DNA from: Rikenellaceae bacterium
Lineage (GTDB): Bacteria > Bacteroidota > Bacteroidia > Bacteroidales > Rikenellaceae
DNA: 64,000 nucleotides
Direction: 5' to 3'
Assembly (NCBI GenBank): GCA_031548435.1
Contig: JAVBRA010000007.1
Span: 67,955 to 131,954 of the forward strand
A model generated the notes under the pieces. It was given only the letters and a program-made list of their open reading frames with translations. It had not been told where the DNA came from and made no database searches. Below are positions 43,835-53,370 of the stretch, one piece after another (the first letter of the stretch is position 1; the number at the start of each line of letters is the position of its first letter). A program made the position numbers and the translations under genes.

Positions 43835-44635
43835 TCATTTCCCATCAGGCAATCGGTTCGCTTTCAGCATTCCGTCGGCTCCGGCGCCGAATAGCGCGAA
43901 GTCGTACCGCACCGGGTCGGCGGGGTCGAGTCGCCGTAGCGCGGCGGTGATCTCCTCGACCGTGCGCCAGTCGTTCTGACGGCGCGCCAGCAACCCCAGA
44001 TGCCTGCCAACCGAAGCCGAATGGACATCCAGCGGCAGATACAGCGCACTGGCCGGGATCGCAGGCCACAAACCGAAATCAACCCCGCGGCCGTCGCGGC
44101 GCACCATCCAGCGCAGGAACATGTTCAGCCGCTTGCACGCCGCCCCTTTATCGATGGACGACACATGTTTGCGGAGACGGGCGGGGTGCGGCTGGGTAAA
44201 AAACAACCCGTGGAAAGAAGAGAGCACGCTCCGCAGATCGCCCGTCCGCAGGTATTCCGATTCAAAAAATCCGCCCAACCCACCGTGGTGAACATAAATA
44301 TTCCGCAGCGACCGGACAAAAAAGAGGGCGTCTTCGCCATTGAACGTGCGGTGGACGAACGGCAGCAGGACGCGCAGATCACTCTCCGAGGCGTTTAAAA
44401 CAAAATCATGCGGGGCGTCCCCCATCAGTTCTATCAGGCGCCGGCCGTTTCCCACGATCGACTTGCGCTGTCCCCAGGCAATGGTCGCCGCCAGAAAACC
44501 GGCGATCTCGACGTCTTCTTTTTTCGCATACCGATGGGGAATGGAAACCGGATCGGCCTCCACGAACGCCGGCATGTTATAGCGGTCGTGGAGCCCGTCG
44601 AGCAGCTCTTTGAGCGCAGCGGAGGGAGCAACCAT
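43835..44635 (-). CDS. TIGR02757/DUF2400-family protein (tentative)
   Basis: 266 aa. 'DPVSIPHRY...EDVEIAGFLAATIAWGQRKSI' and 'LYLPLDVH' resemble the DUF2400 family as I remember it. Confidence 0.55.
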   Translation of the reverse strand: MVAPSAALKELLDGLHDRYNMPAFVEADPVSIPHRYAKKEDVEIAGFLAATIAWGQRKSIVGNGRRLIELMGDAPHDFVLNASESDLRVLLPFVHRTFNGEDALFFVRSLRNIYVHHGGLGGFFESEYLRTGDLRSVLSSFHGLFFTQPHPARLRKHVSSIDKGAACKRLNMFLRWMVRRDGRGVDFGLWPAIPASALYLPLDVHSASVGRHLGLLARRQNDWRTVEEITAALRRLDPADPVRYDFALFGAGADGMLKANRLPDGK

Positions 44636-45306
44636 CAGGGTACGATCAGTCCGTCGACCATTTCGATCTTGCGGTCGGACATCCCGGCCAGCGACTCATC
44701 GTGGGTGACAATGACAAACGTGTGGCCGAACTTGTCGCGCAGTTCAAAGAACAGGTTGTGCAACTCCTGCCGGTTTTTTGTGTCGAGGTTGCCCGACGGC
44801 TCGTCGGCCAGGATCACCGGAGGATTGTTGATCAGCGCCCGGGCCACAGCCACGCGCTGCTGCTCGCCTCCCGACAGTTCGGCCGGTTTGTGCGTCAGCC
44901 GGTGCCCCATGCCCAGCAGTTCCAGCAACTCTTTGGCCCTCGCTTCGACCTCGGTTCGGGAGCGGCGGGCGATGTAGCCAGGAATGCACACGTTCTCGAA
45001 CGCGTTGAACTCGGGCAGCAAGTGGTGGAACTGGAACACGAACCCGATGCGGCTGCCCCGAAACTGCGAGATATTTTTCCGCCCCAGGCGATGCACCTGG
45101 ATGCCGTCGATGACGATTTCGCCGCTGTCGGGATCGCTCAACGTGCCCAGGATCTGCAACAGGGTGGTTTTGCCCGCCCCGCTCGGCCCCACGATCGACA
45201 CCACTTCGCCCCGGCCCACGCTCAGGTCGATGCCCTTGAGCACCTGCAGGTCGCCGTACGATTTCTTAATTCCTTTGGTCGTTATCATTTTCCGAATAGA
45301 TTTCAA
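44635..45306 (-). CDS. ABC transporter ATP-binding protein (LolD-like)
   Basis: 223 aa. '[12 protein letters not shown]', '[15 protein letters not shown]', '[11 protein letters not shown]'. Confidence 0.85.
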   Translation of the reverse strand: MKSIRKMITTKGIKKSYGDLQVLKGIDLSVGRGEVVSIVGPSGAGKTTLLQILGTLSDPDSGEIVIDGIQVHRLGRKNISQFRGSRIGFVFQFHHLLPEFNAFENVCIPGYIARRSRTEVEARAKELLELLGMGHRLTHKPAELSGGEQQRVAVARALINNPPVILADEPSGNLDTKNRQELHNLFFELRDKFGHTFVIVTHDESLAGMSDRKIEMVDGLIVP

Positions 45307-46120
45307 ACAATTTCACCACCTGCACCGCCTCGGACACATCGTGCACCCGCAGGATCGACACTCCCTGCCGCAACAGTTCCCAGTTGAGGGCCGCCGTTCC
45401 AATGAGCGCACGATCGGGATCGACGCCCAGCGGCTTCCAGATCATCGACTTGCGCGAGAGGCCGCCCAACACCGGACACCCGAGTCCGACCAACCGGTGC
45501 AGCTCCTTGAGCAGTATGTAGTTCTGCCGTACGTCTTTCGAGAACCCGAACCCCGGATCAACAATCAACTCCCGGATCCCCGCCCGGCGGCACTGGGCGA
45601 TTTTCTCGGCGAACCAGGCAAGCACCTCACCCGCCACGTCGCCGTAAAGCAGGTTCGGCGCGTCGTTCATGGTGGCCGGAGCGCCCCGCATATGCATGGC
45701 CACGTAAGGCAGGCCGAGCTCCGCCACCACCGGAATCATCTCGGGGTCGAGCCCGCCGCCCGAAATATCGTTGACCATCACCGGGCCAAACCGCTCCACC
45801 ACCGCACGAACCACCTGCGAGCGGAACGTGTCGACCGAAACCACCGCCTGTGGGGCCAGCCGCACAGCCGCTTCCACTCCCCTCAACACCCGTTCGGTCT
45901 CTTCGCCCGCCGGAACATCGGCCGCACCTGGCCGCGAGGAATACCCCCCCACGTCAAGGATCGCCGCTCCGCCGCGGGCCGCCTTTACAACCATCGCCTC
46001 AAGCCCGCCGGGGCCCGACGCCCGGCTGCCGGCATAGAACGAGTCGGGCGTCACGTTGACGATCGCCATCACCGCCGGATGCGACAGATCGAGCCTTTTC
46101 TCTCCGATTTCGATTGTCAT
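45266..46120 (-). CDS. folP: Dihydropteroate synthase
   Basis: 284 aa. '[15 protein letters not shown]', '[12 protein letters not shown]' and 'VNDISGG'. Confidence 0.9.
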   Translation of the reverse strand: MTIEIGEKRLDLSHPAVMAIVNVTPDSFYAGSRASGPGGLEAMVVKAARGGAAILDVGGYSSRPGAADVPAGEETERVLRGVEAAVRLAPQAVVSVDTFRSQVVRAVVERFGPVMVNDISGGGLDPEMIPVVAELGLPYVAMHMRGAPATMNDAPNLLYGDVAGEVLAWFAEKIAQCRRAGIRELIVDPGFGFSKDVRQNYILLKELHRLVGLGCPVLGGLSRKSMIWKPLGVDPDRALIGTAALNWELLRQGVSILRVHDVSEAVQVVKLFEIYSENDNDQRN

Positions 46121-46361
46121 GGTTCGCGTTTAATTCTACAAATATATACTTTTGTCCGGGATGTCGGTGCATCCGGCGTTCGTTTGCGTGCTGATACAAA
46201 CGATCTCCCGAACGGCCGAAGGCTCCCGGACGACGACGCGGGCCGGAATCCTGCAGGCCACGGCTTGCATGGAGTGCGCCCCGTAAATTCAGCGGCTTCA
46301 CAGACGCCTTTGTTGCCACGGATCGCTTGGTTGCGATCGCGGCTGAAACAAGGTTTTTGTT

Positions 46362-46658
46362 ATGCAGAATGGGACAGAGCTGCCGACCGCGCCTCTTTTC
46401 CATGCAACGAGCAGCCGCTTTTTCTTCCCGGCTTCGGGCCGGCGCGACCACACCACCGGCGGCATGGCTCTTGTTTCCAGCTACGGGTACGACTGGTCTG
46501 CCTCGCCGCATAGCGTGACGTTCGGGTACACTCTGTACTCCCATAGCACCAATGTCGCCCCGGGCTTCAACTACCTGCGTGCATATGGGCTGCCGGTGCG
46601 TTGTCTCCAAGCGTTTACGATCGTCGTCCGTTTTTTTAATTTGATCCCATGGAACTGA
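46362..46658 (+). pseudogene. C-terminal remnant of a FISUMP (Fibrobacter succinogenes major paralogous) domain protein
   Basis: The 98-aa ORF has 'FFFPASGRRDHTTGG...SYGYDWSASP...RAYGLPVRCLQ', matching the C-terminal pattern LPAAGYR...G.YWSS...G.SVRC. It lacks the signal peptide and N-terminal half, and an in-frame stop lies 15 nt upstream of the ATG. Confidence 0.45.
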
Positions 46659-47437
46659 TTCGTTTCGAAAAATTGACCCTGTGCGACGAAGTCGTCCACT
46701 TCCAGACCACGCGCCCGGGAGGAGGCTCCGGCGGTAGTTGCAGCGGCCTCAACCTGGGGTTCAACACGCCCGACGATCCGTTGACGGTGCTGGAGAACCG
46801 CAAAAAACTGGCTCAGTTGCTCGACGTGCCGTTGGGTCGGTTTGTTTTCTGCAACCAAACCCATGGCACCCGCGTTGGCGCGGTGACCGCCGCCGATGCG
46901 GGGCGGGGCGCTTTCGACCCGACCGACGCCATCGAAAGCACCGACGCCCTGATCACCGACTGCCCCGGCGTGATGCTGGCGGTTCAAACCGCCGACTGCA
47001 TTCCCGTTTTGTGTTACGACCCGATACGCCAGGCGGTTGCAGCCATCCATGCCGGATGGAAAGGCACGCTCGGAAACATCGCCGCCAAAACCATCGCCGC
47101 CATGACAGAACGGTTCGGCACCCGCCCCGCAGACGTCATTGCCGGGATAGGGGTCGGCGCCGGAGTGTGCTGCTACGAGGTCGGAGATGAGGTTGTGGAG
47201 AAATTAATTCCTTTATTTAGCAATTATTTCGATTATATAGGAAAAAATAACAAGGGAAATAACTACCTTGACCTGAAAGGCATCAACCGCCGCCTGCTCA
47301 TCGAAGCCGGGGTTTTGCCTGAAAACATATCGGCCCGGCCCGAATGTTCGATCTGCGAGAACGAACGTTTCTTCTCGGCCCGCTCGCATCCCGAAGGCAC
47401 CGGACGGATGGCGTGCGGAATTCTGATAAGAAAATAG
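46649..47437 (+). CDS. pgeF: Peptidoglycan editing factor PgeF / YfiH laccase-domain protein
   Basis: 262 aa. 'QTHGTRV', 'TADCIPV', 'HAGWKGT' and 'ECSICENERFFSARS'. Confidence 0.85.
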   Translation: MELIRFEKLTLCDEVVHFQTTRPGGGSGGSCSGLNLGFNTPDDPLTVLENRKKLAQLLDVPLGRFVFCNQTHGTRVGAVTAADAGRGAFDPTDAIESTDALITDCPGVMLAVQTADCIPVLCYDPIRQAVAAIHAGWKGTLGNIAAKTIAAMTERFGTRPADVIAGIGVGAGVCCYEVGDEVVEKLIPLFSNYFDYIGKNNKGNNYLDLKGINRRLLIEAGVLPENISARPECSICENERFFSARSHPEGTGRMACGILIRK

Positions 47438-47474
47438 TATCTTTGTATGAAATAAACCAAAACATCTGTCGACT

Positions 47475-47939
47475 ATGAAAAAGATCATCCTGCTTTGCGC
47501 GTTGGTCGGGGCGGCGCAGCTTGTCTCGTGCGGAACCCGCTCAGGCAAGAAAAGCGCACCGGAAACCAAGGATCAAACCCAGCAACCGCCTGTCGGAAGC
47601 GACAAGGACGAACACGGATGCATCGGCTCGGCCGGCTACCGGTGGTCGGAGGTGCAGCAGAAATGCATCCGCTATTTCGAGGAAGGGGTCAGGTTCGTCC
47701 CGGCCACCGGCGGCGAAACCACGTTGGCGGCCTACGCCGTATTCAGCGCCGACTCGCTGAAGGCGGAACTGTCGATTCCGGGGCAGGAAAAAAACGACAT
47801 CCTCGACCGTCAGGCGTGCGACACCTACGGCTGCGTATGGAAAACCGCGGCGGCAGACACCAAAGTGCTGTTCAAAGACCCCGCAACAGGATGGAACATT
47901 GCCCAGGGTAAAGACGTGATTTACAAAGAAGCAAAATAA
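47475..47939 (+). CDS. Hypothetical lipoprotein
   Basis: 154 aa with lipobox 'GAAQLVSCG'. No further motif recognised. Confidence 0.6.
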   Translation: MKKIILLCALVGAAQLVSCGTRSGKKSAPETKDQTQQPPVGSDKDEHGCIGSAGYRWSEVQQKCIRYFEEGVRFVPATGGETTLAAYAVFSADSLKAELSIPGQEKNDILDRQACDTYGCVWKTAAADTKVLFKDPATGWNIAQGKDVIYKEAK

Positions 47940-48445
47940 TGGCCGGGCTCAAATACACCACCATCGACACCCCGTTGGGCACGCTTTACGCCGCCGCCAC
48001 GGACGAGGGGGTGTGCATGCTCGAATTCGACCAGAAGCGCCAGAAAAAAACGCTCGGAGAACTCGAAAAAGCCTGTGATGCCAAAGCCGAAAAAGGCAAC
48101 TCGCCCCATTTCGGCCTGTTGAAGGAAGAACTGGCGCAATACTTCGGCGGAAAGCTGTCGGAATTCACGGTGCCGGTGGCCCTGTACGGCAGCGACTTCC
48201 AGAAAACAGTGTGGAACACCCTGATGCTCATTCCCTACGGACAAACATGGTCGTACGCCCAACAGGCCGGGAAGATGGGGCGTCCGTCAGCCGTGCGTGC
48301 CGTGGCCAACGCCAACGGGGCCAACAAGGTATCGATCATCATTCCCTGCCATCGGGTCATCGCCTCAAGCGGCAATCTGGCCGGATACGGCGGCGGCGTG
48401 TGGCGGAAGGAGAAACTGATCGAACTGGAAAAAACGCAACAGTAG
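47939..48445 (+). CDS. ogt: Methylated-DNA--protein-cysteine methyltransferase
   Basis: 168 aa. The active site is 'IIIPCHRVI' and 'YGGGVWRKEKLIELE' follows. Confidence 0.9.
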   Translation: MAGLKYTTIDTPLGTLYAAATDEGVCMLEFDQKRQKKTLGELEKACDAKAEKGNSPHFGLLKEELAQYFGGKLSEFTVPVALYGSDFQKTVWNTLMLIPYGQTWSYAQQAGKMGRPSAVRAVANANGANKVSIIIPCHRVIASSGNLAGYGGGVWRKEKLIELEKTQQ

Positions 48446-48464
48446 TTTCGGAACAACGGCAAAA

Positions 48465-48490
48465 GCCGCCCATTGACAGGGCGGCTTTTT
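48465..48490 (+). terminator. Rho-independent terminator after ogt
   Basis: Stem gccgccc / gggcggc with loop attgaca, followed by TTTTT. Confidence 0.7.
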
Positions 48491-48686
48491 CATGCCCCCC
48501 TTCGACGTTACGTCCTTAGTTATCGGAGCGACACGGCGAAAGGGAACAAATCATGCCCGGTAACGCGCTGCCCCGGAACGGAGGACGGGGATCTATCGTC
48601 GGGCGATACACGCCTCCCCAACATTTCAAGGCGGAGTTTCGGAAAAAAGAGTATATTTGTACTCCATCCCAAAACGAAGCATTCCA

Positions 48687-50768
48687 ATGAAGCCTCTTTC
48701 ACTGTTCCTGTGCGCACTGCTCATTCCCGCGGCCATCTGCGCCGCTCCCCGGCAAACCGTCACCACCGGCACCCTGCTGGACGAGATGACCGACCTGCAA
48801 CGGCTGGCTTCGATGCCGTCCGCCCCTTACAAAAACATCCAGTTCTCGTCGTACGACCGCCAGAGCCGATCGGTTTCGGAGCCGGGTTGGTTCGCCAACT
48901 CGGACGGGTTCGGAGGAGAAACGATCCCCGCTTTCGAACAGGTGATCGCAGCTCCCGACGGGCAGGGCATCGGAACGTACCTGATCTGCGACGTGAAAGG
49001 GCCGGGCGCGGTGTTGCGCCTGTGGACGGCCACCATCGACGGCGACATCCGGATGTTCCTCGACGGCAGCAGAACGCCTGTGTTCGAGGGCAGGGCCATT
49101 GATTTCTTCTGGAATTTCGCGGCGGCAATGGACGGCAGCCTCGATCCCGAACAGCTCAAAGGAACGATCCGGCAATTCGACGCCACTTATTTCCCCATCC
49201 CCTTCGCCAAACAATGCCGCATCGAATGGACGGGCGACATCCGAAAAGCGCACTTCTATCACGTCGGAGTACGCCTTTATACCGCGAACGTGAGCGTCGA
49301 GACGTTCAAGCCTTCCGACATTAAGAAATACCGCACCGACCTCGACCGGGCCATCGACCGCCTTAAAGACCGGCAGACGGCATCCGGCCCGGCAACCGGA
49401 GGCCAGGCCATAAACACAACCGTCACCCCGCACAACCGCACCGTTGTCACGACGCTTGCGGGCAGCCGGGCCGTCACCTCGCTGCAATTGCGGGTCGACG
49501 CCCCGGACACCGACCGCGCCCTGCGCCAATCCATCCTGAGGATTTATTTCGACGGGGCATCCGTTCCGCAGGTCGAGTCGCCGGTGGGAGATTTCTTCGG
49601 GGCGGCCCCGGGCGTCAACCCCTACCAATCGCTGCCGATGTCCGTGTGGCCCGACGGGACGATGGAATCGCGATGGGTGATGCCGTTCAGGGACTCGGCC
49701 CGGATCGAGATCCTGAACTTCTCGGACGAAACGGTCAAAATCACCGGAGCCGTCAAAACAGAGCCCCACCCGTGGGACGGCGCCCGTTCGATGCATTTCC
49801 GCGCACGCTGGAGGGCCGATTACGACTTGCAGGGGTCGAACACCGAGATTTCGGACATCCCCTATCTGCTGGCCATGGGACAGGGACGCGTGGTAGGAGC
49901 CGCCTGCTACCTGCTCAACCCCACGCACGTTCCCTCGTCGTGGGGCAACTGGTGGGGCGAGGGCGACGAAAAGATCTTCGTCGATGACACGAAATCACCT
50001 GCCTTCTATGGCACCGGATCGGAAGATTATTTCAACTACTCCTGGTCGGCGGAAGAGATCTTCGAATACCCCTACTGCGGACAGCCGCGCAACGACGGCC
50101 CGGCCAACCGCGGCTTCGTCGCCAACTTCCGCTGGCACATCACCGACGACCTGCCGTTCTACGACCAGCTGGCATTCTACATGGAACTGTGGACACACGG
50201 CGACGTCCCCGGATTCGCCTACGCCCGCATGGTGTACGCCTATGGCCGCCCCGGAATGCTCGACGACCACAAAACCATCATCCCCGACGACGTCCGCCCG
50301 CTTTCGCTTCCCGCCTGGGATCCGGTGGGCTACCGTCCCCATTCGGCCCCGTGCCGCTTTGTCCCGGCCGAAGATGCGGTGTCCAAACGCAACAATCCGC
50401 CGCTGAGGTACGAATACGGCAACCTGTGGGCGGGCGGAAGATTGCTCGTATGGTCGCCCGTTGCCTCCGGCGACTCGCTGACGTTCAACATCAGCAGCGC
50501 CGCGGCCAAAAAGGCGGATATGTACCTGACCGTAGCGCACACCCCCTCGGGCGGACGCTTCAGGCTCTACATCAACGGCGCGGAAGTGAAGATCGTAAAC
50601 CGCCCGGAAGAACCCTCCACGGTGAGCCTGCGCGACGACCACCGCACCCTGTCGCGCACCCTGCAAACCGAACCGGTCGAGTTCCGCCAGGGCAACAATG
50701 AGTTAACTCTTAAAAGCGCCGACGCCTCCGGAACCGAGATCGGCATCGATTTCTTCTGGGTGAAATAA
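48687..50768 (+). CDS. DUF2961 / GH172-family protein
   Basis: The start is set at 'MKPLSLFLCALLIPAAICA' (signal peptide). 'WWGEGDEKIFVDD' and 'YGTGSEDYFNYSW' match DUF2961 signatures as I recall them. Confidence 0.7.
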   Translation: MKPLSLFLCALLIPAAICAAPRQTVTTGTLLDEMTDLQRLASMPSAPYKNIQFSSYDRQSRSVSEPGWFANSDGFGGETIPAFEQVIAAPDGQGIGTYLICDVKGPGAVLRLWTATIDGDIRMFLDGSRTPVFEGRAIDFFWNFAAAMDGSLDPEQLKGTIRQFDATYFPIPFAKQCRIEWTGDIRKAHFYHVGVRLYTANVSVETFKPSDIKKYRTDLDRAIDRLKDRQTASGPATGGQAINTTVTPHNRTVVTTLAGSRAVTSLQLRVDAPDTDRALRQSILRIYFDGASVPQVESPVGDFFGAAPGVNPYQSLPMSVWPDGTMESRWVMPFRDSARIEILNFSDETVKITGAVKTEPHPWDGARSMHFRARWRADYDLQGSNTEISDIPYLLAMGQGRVVGAACYLLNPTHVPSSWGNWWGEGDEKIFVDDTKSPAFYGTGSEDYFNYSWSAEEIFEYPYCGQPRNDGPANRGFVANFRWHITDDLPFYDQLAFYMELWTHGDVPGFAYARMVYAYGRPGMLDDHKTIIPDDVRPLSLPAWDPVGYRPHSAPCRFVPAEDAVSKRNNPPLRYEYGNLWAGGRLLVWSPVASGDSLTFNISSAAAKKADMYLTVAHTPSGGRFRLYINGAEVKIVNRPEEPSTVSLRDDHRTLSRTLQTEPVEFRQGNNELTLKSADASGTEIGIDFFWVK

Positions 50769-50980
50769 ATACGCTTCGCCGGTTTAAAGGGCGGATTCAT
50801 TTCGCCTGCCGGCGTGGCCATCCTTTTTGTCATTGCCCAAAAGCAGCCCAAAAGGCTACGGGCCCGACAAAATTCTCGCTGAAGGTTCCCTATCGGGTGC
50901 AATGACGAGGGATTTGTTATACTCCGCTTCTTCCTTGATAAAAAAACGCAACCAAAAACATCAAGCGAAGGGAATAAACC

Positions 50981-51129
50981 CAGTGTGCAACATTTCACCT
51001 CAAAATGCCGTAAAATCGCCTTTTTAAAAGGGATTAAAACAAAAAAACAGGAACCTACAAAAATTGTAAGTTCCTGCACTTCAGAGCTGATGGCGGGAAT
51101 TGAACCCGCGACCCCTTCCTTACCAAGGA
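50981..51129. repeat. Distal ~149-bp direct repeat of island 2 (partial tRNA-Thr 3' half plus downstream region)
   Basis: Near-identical to 56382-56530 (a few substitutions or 1-nt indels by eye). It includes 45 nt of the tRNA-Thr 3' half (51085-51129) and a copy of the tRNA terminator hairpin. Confidence 0.85.
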
Positions 51130-51292
51130 TATGTGACACAGAAAGATGCGGTTCATTTCCATCTGAAAATCAATCCATTGTAAGGTTCCAAAAAGGCTGA
51201 TTGAAGTGATGTACAACACAGTGTGCAACTACTCGAAATCTTGATGCTCCTGCTGGTTAATATTTTATTTTGATCCTATTATAATGGAAAGG

Positions 51293-51769
51293 TTATATTT
51301 GGTGTAATTTCATTCTGGAGCAGTCCACAATCAATTTGTGCTTCTGCAAGAACTCGCAGCCTAACACTCCTACTGCAATTTTTCTTTTGTTTATCTGAAA
51401 GTAGTCGCACAGACAGGGATCAATGTAAAACACTTCGGAATAATTCTCCCCCTCGACTTCAAAATCAAGTTTGACCATCTTACATATCCGCCTCACTCCA
51501 TCCCTGCATACAATCCGCTTAGAGCCGACCTCTGCATAAGCAGGTTTTTTGCAATAATAATTTCTTATTTGCTCTTCTGCCGGAGGCTCCCAGTGAATAA
51601 ACTCCATGAAGCATTTATCAAGCATATTGTACCTTGTTCCGGTATCTACCAGAAAAGAAAATCCTGCGCCCTCGACCATAACAAAAAGAGTCGGCGTTCC
51701 TAACCTACTTTGATCCAATTTATAACCGTTTTTGTTTGGTGTCATAAAGCAATACTGTTGGAATCCCAC
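51293..51769 (-). CDS. Retropepsin-like (clan AA) aspartic protease
   Basis: 158 aa. 'FSFLVDTGTRYNML' carries the D-T-G active-site motif. The C-terminal 'IAVGVLGCEFLQKHKLIVDCSRMKL' resembles the 'GILG.DFL....v.iDy....l' end of bacterial retropepsin-like domains. Confidence 0.6.
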   Translation of the reverse strand: MGFQQYCFMTPNKNGYKLDQSRLGTPTLFVMVEGAGFSFLVDTGTRYNMLDKCFMEFIHWEPPAEEQIRNYYCKKPAYAEVGSKRIVCRDGVRRICKMVKLDFEVEGENYSEVFYIDPCLCDYFQINKRKIAVGVLGCEFLQKHKLIVDCSRMKLHQI

Positions 51770-51816
51770 ATAAATCCATTAAGCGAAAGTTACTACCTGA
51801 TATAATTCCCTGCGAT

Positions 51817-52239
51817 TTAATCGTCTTCCTCCATTTGTTGCTTTATAAAGCTATCCATCGCCTTATCCCACCGATGCTTTTCCCACTCGAAGTAACTTTC
51901 CATCTCCACAATCATCTTGTCTTGGGGGTAACCACGAGGGAATTTCCATTTTTTATTGACTCTTCCCATAGGGGGAAGATTTGCCCTAAAATGAATCTCC
52001 GTATCACCTGCCACATTGTCAATCACACAAAAAGCAGCAGGTGATGCCAAAGTGATGCTACTCGAAGATAGCTTTGTGACCCTTAAATTCCCATCTTGCG
52101 TCAAGTGATTTATGAGCAATTCGTATTTCACCTGCATTCCTCCCTGACTGGTAACATCTCTGCGCACACCTTCCTTACTCTCTTTGGTTATCTTATAGAT
52201 AATGAAGAGTGCAGTGCCAATTATAATAACCCACAACAT
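51817..52239 (-). CDS. Small single-pass membrane protein, hypothetical
   Basis: 140 aa. N-terminal helix 'MLWVIIIGTALFIIYKI'. It starts 5 nt after the stop of the upstream TerB-like gene. Confidence 0.5.
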   Translation of the reverse strand: MLWVIIIGTALFIIYKITKESKEGVRRDVTSQGGMQVKYELLINHLTQDGNLRVTKLSSSSITLASPAAFCVIDNVAGDTEIHFRANLPPMGRVNKKWKFPRGYPQDKMIVEMESYFEWEKHRWDKAMDSFIKQQMEEDD

Positions 52240-52243
52240 AATT

Positions 52244-52693
52244 TTACCTCCCTATATTTCCTCCATTAGCAATATAACTCAAAACGACTTGCATCGCTTT
52301 TTCTTCATCATCTTTCATCATTTCCAGAGAAAGAGACGCAACAAGTTCATAGATAAACTCGGAGTTAAACCCGAGTTTCATCGCTATAAATTCACAAAAA
52401 TTGATTTCTCTTTCAGAACATTCGCCATCAGCTATCATTAACATAACCATTTGGGTTATATATTTTACTCTATCCTCTTCGGTATTAGGATAAGCGTCTC
52501 TAACCGATGAGGTATCATTAAGTACTTTAGGGAGGTCGTTAATATCAATACCTTCTTTTGACAAGATGAAGCATACGTAAAGTTTCTCATCTTCTGTAAA
52601 TTTACCATCCGCATAAGCCAAAACAATGAGGTCTCTCAGTTTACACAGTTTCTGTTCTTGCTGCTCATTTCTAAACAAATCAAATAGTCCCAT
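52244..52693 (-). CDS. TerB-like (tellurite-resistance TerB/DjlA N-domain-like) protein
   Basis: From 'MGLFDLF'. There are two 'ADG' repeat helices, 'LIVLAYADGKFTEDEKLYV' and 'MVMLMIADGECSEREINFC', characteristic of TerB-like domains. Confidence 0.6.
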   Translation of the reverse strand: MGLFDLFRNEQQEQKLCKLRDLIVLAYADGKFTEDEKLYVCFILSKEGIDINDLPKVLNDTSSVRDAYPNTEEDRVKYITQMVMLMIADGECSEREINFCEFIAMKLGFNSEFIYELVASLSLEMMKDDEEKAMQVVLSYIANGGNIGR

Positions 52694-53370
52694 TTTAATT
52701 AAAAATTTACCCCGCCCGTCCCAAGGCAGGAATAAATACAAAAAAGAAAAGCGTGGGACTGATAGACCTATTCCAACCAGTAGGCCCTAGGAAGCCTCGA
52801 CAATGAAATAAGCAACAGCCCACGCCCATATTCAGAAAATATGATGCGTGAGAAGAAGTGCCTATTCTCTTGTCGAATGAATTTCCTAGGTTCACTGGCG
52901 AGAATAAAGCTAAACACTTTCCGTGTTCAAATATGTGCGTACCATCCGGTACACTCACAAAGATAATGAATATTTGACACAGCCAAATGCTTCTTCTTCT
53001 TTGAGGCTGTTGCTATTATGGTCGATGCTGGTCTGTTCGCTAAAAGATAGAAACCCTCAGATACCTTGAGGGCAGATGATTCAGCCTAATATCCTATCAT
53101 AATGGGTGGGGATTCGAGATACTGTGATTTATACTGGAGATAGACTGGGTAATATCGAATTAAGGGTTTCTTGTGGATTTTTTTCACCTATTCAGATAAT
53201 TTTCGTGCAACCTATCCAGCGAGGAGGGGGAATATCCCCGCACTTCAAATGATGGGGCGGGTTCTTTTGGTGTATATTGCGCTTGTGGTGTGGGATAAAA
53301 AGTCCATAATATCATAATTATATGTATGAACTCTCCGGGAATTTTTATCTCCTTGCTTTTCCTCGCATAA

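Noticed and set aside
44984-46513. 509-aa plus-strand ORF.
   Set aside because: It is antisense to the LolD-like ATPase and folP genes, both of which have clear motifs. Its composition is Arg/His/Pro-rich.
48699-50666. 409-aa and 223-aa minus-strand ORFs opposite the DUF2961/GH172 gene.
   Set aside because: They are antisense artefacts. The plus-strand frame has a signal peptide and conserved family motifs.
50985-51200. 71-aa ORF 'MQHFTSKCRKIAFLKGIK...' and its twin at 56374-56592.
   Set aside because: Both are translations of the duplicated att repeat, antisense to the tRNA-Thr 3' half and its terminator. The duplication reflects integration, not a gene family.
52707-52958. 83-aa minus-strand ORF in the island 2 gap.
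   Set aside because: It overlaps the upstream region of the TerB-like gene and has an implausible composition and no start context. It is treated as non-coding; see the finding on the gap.
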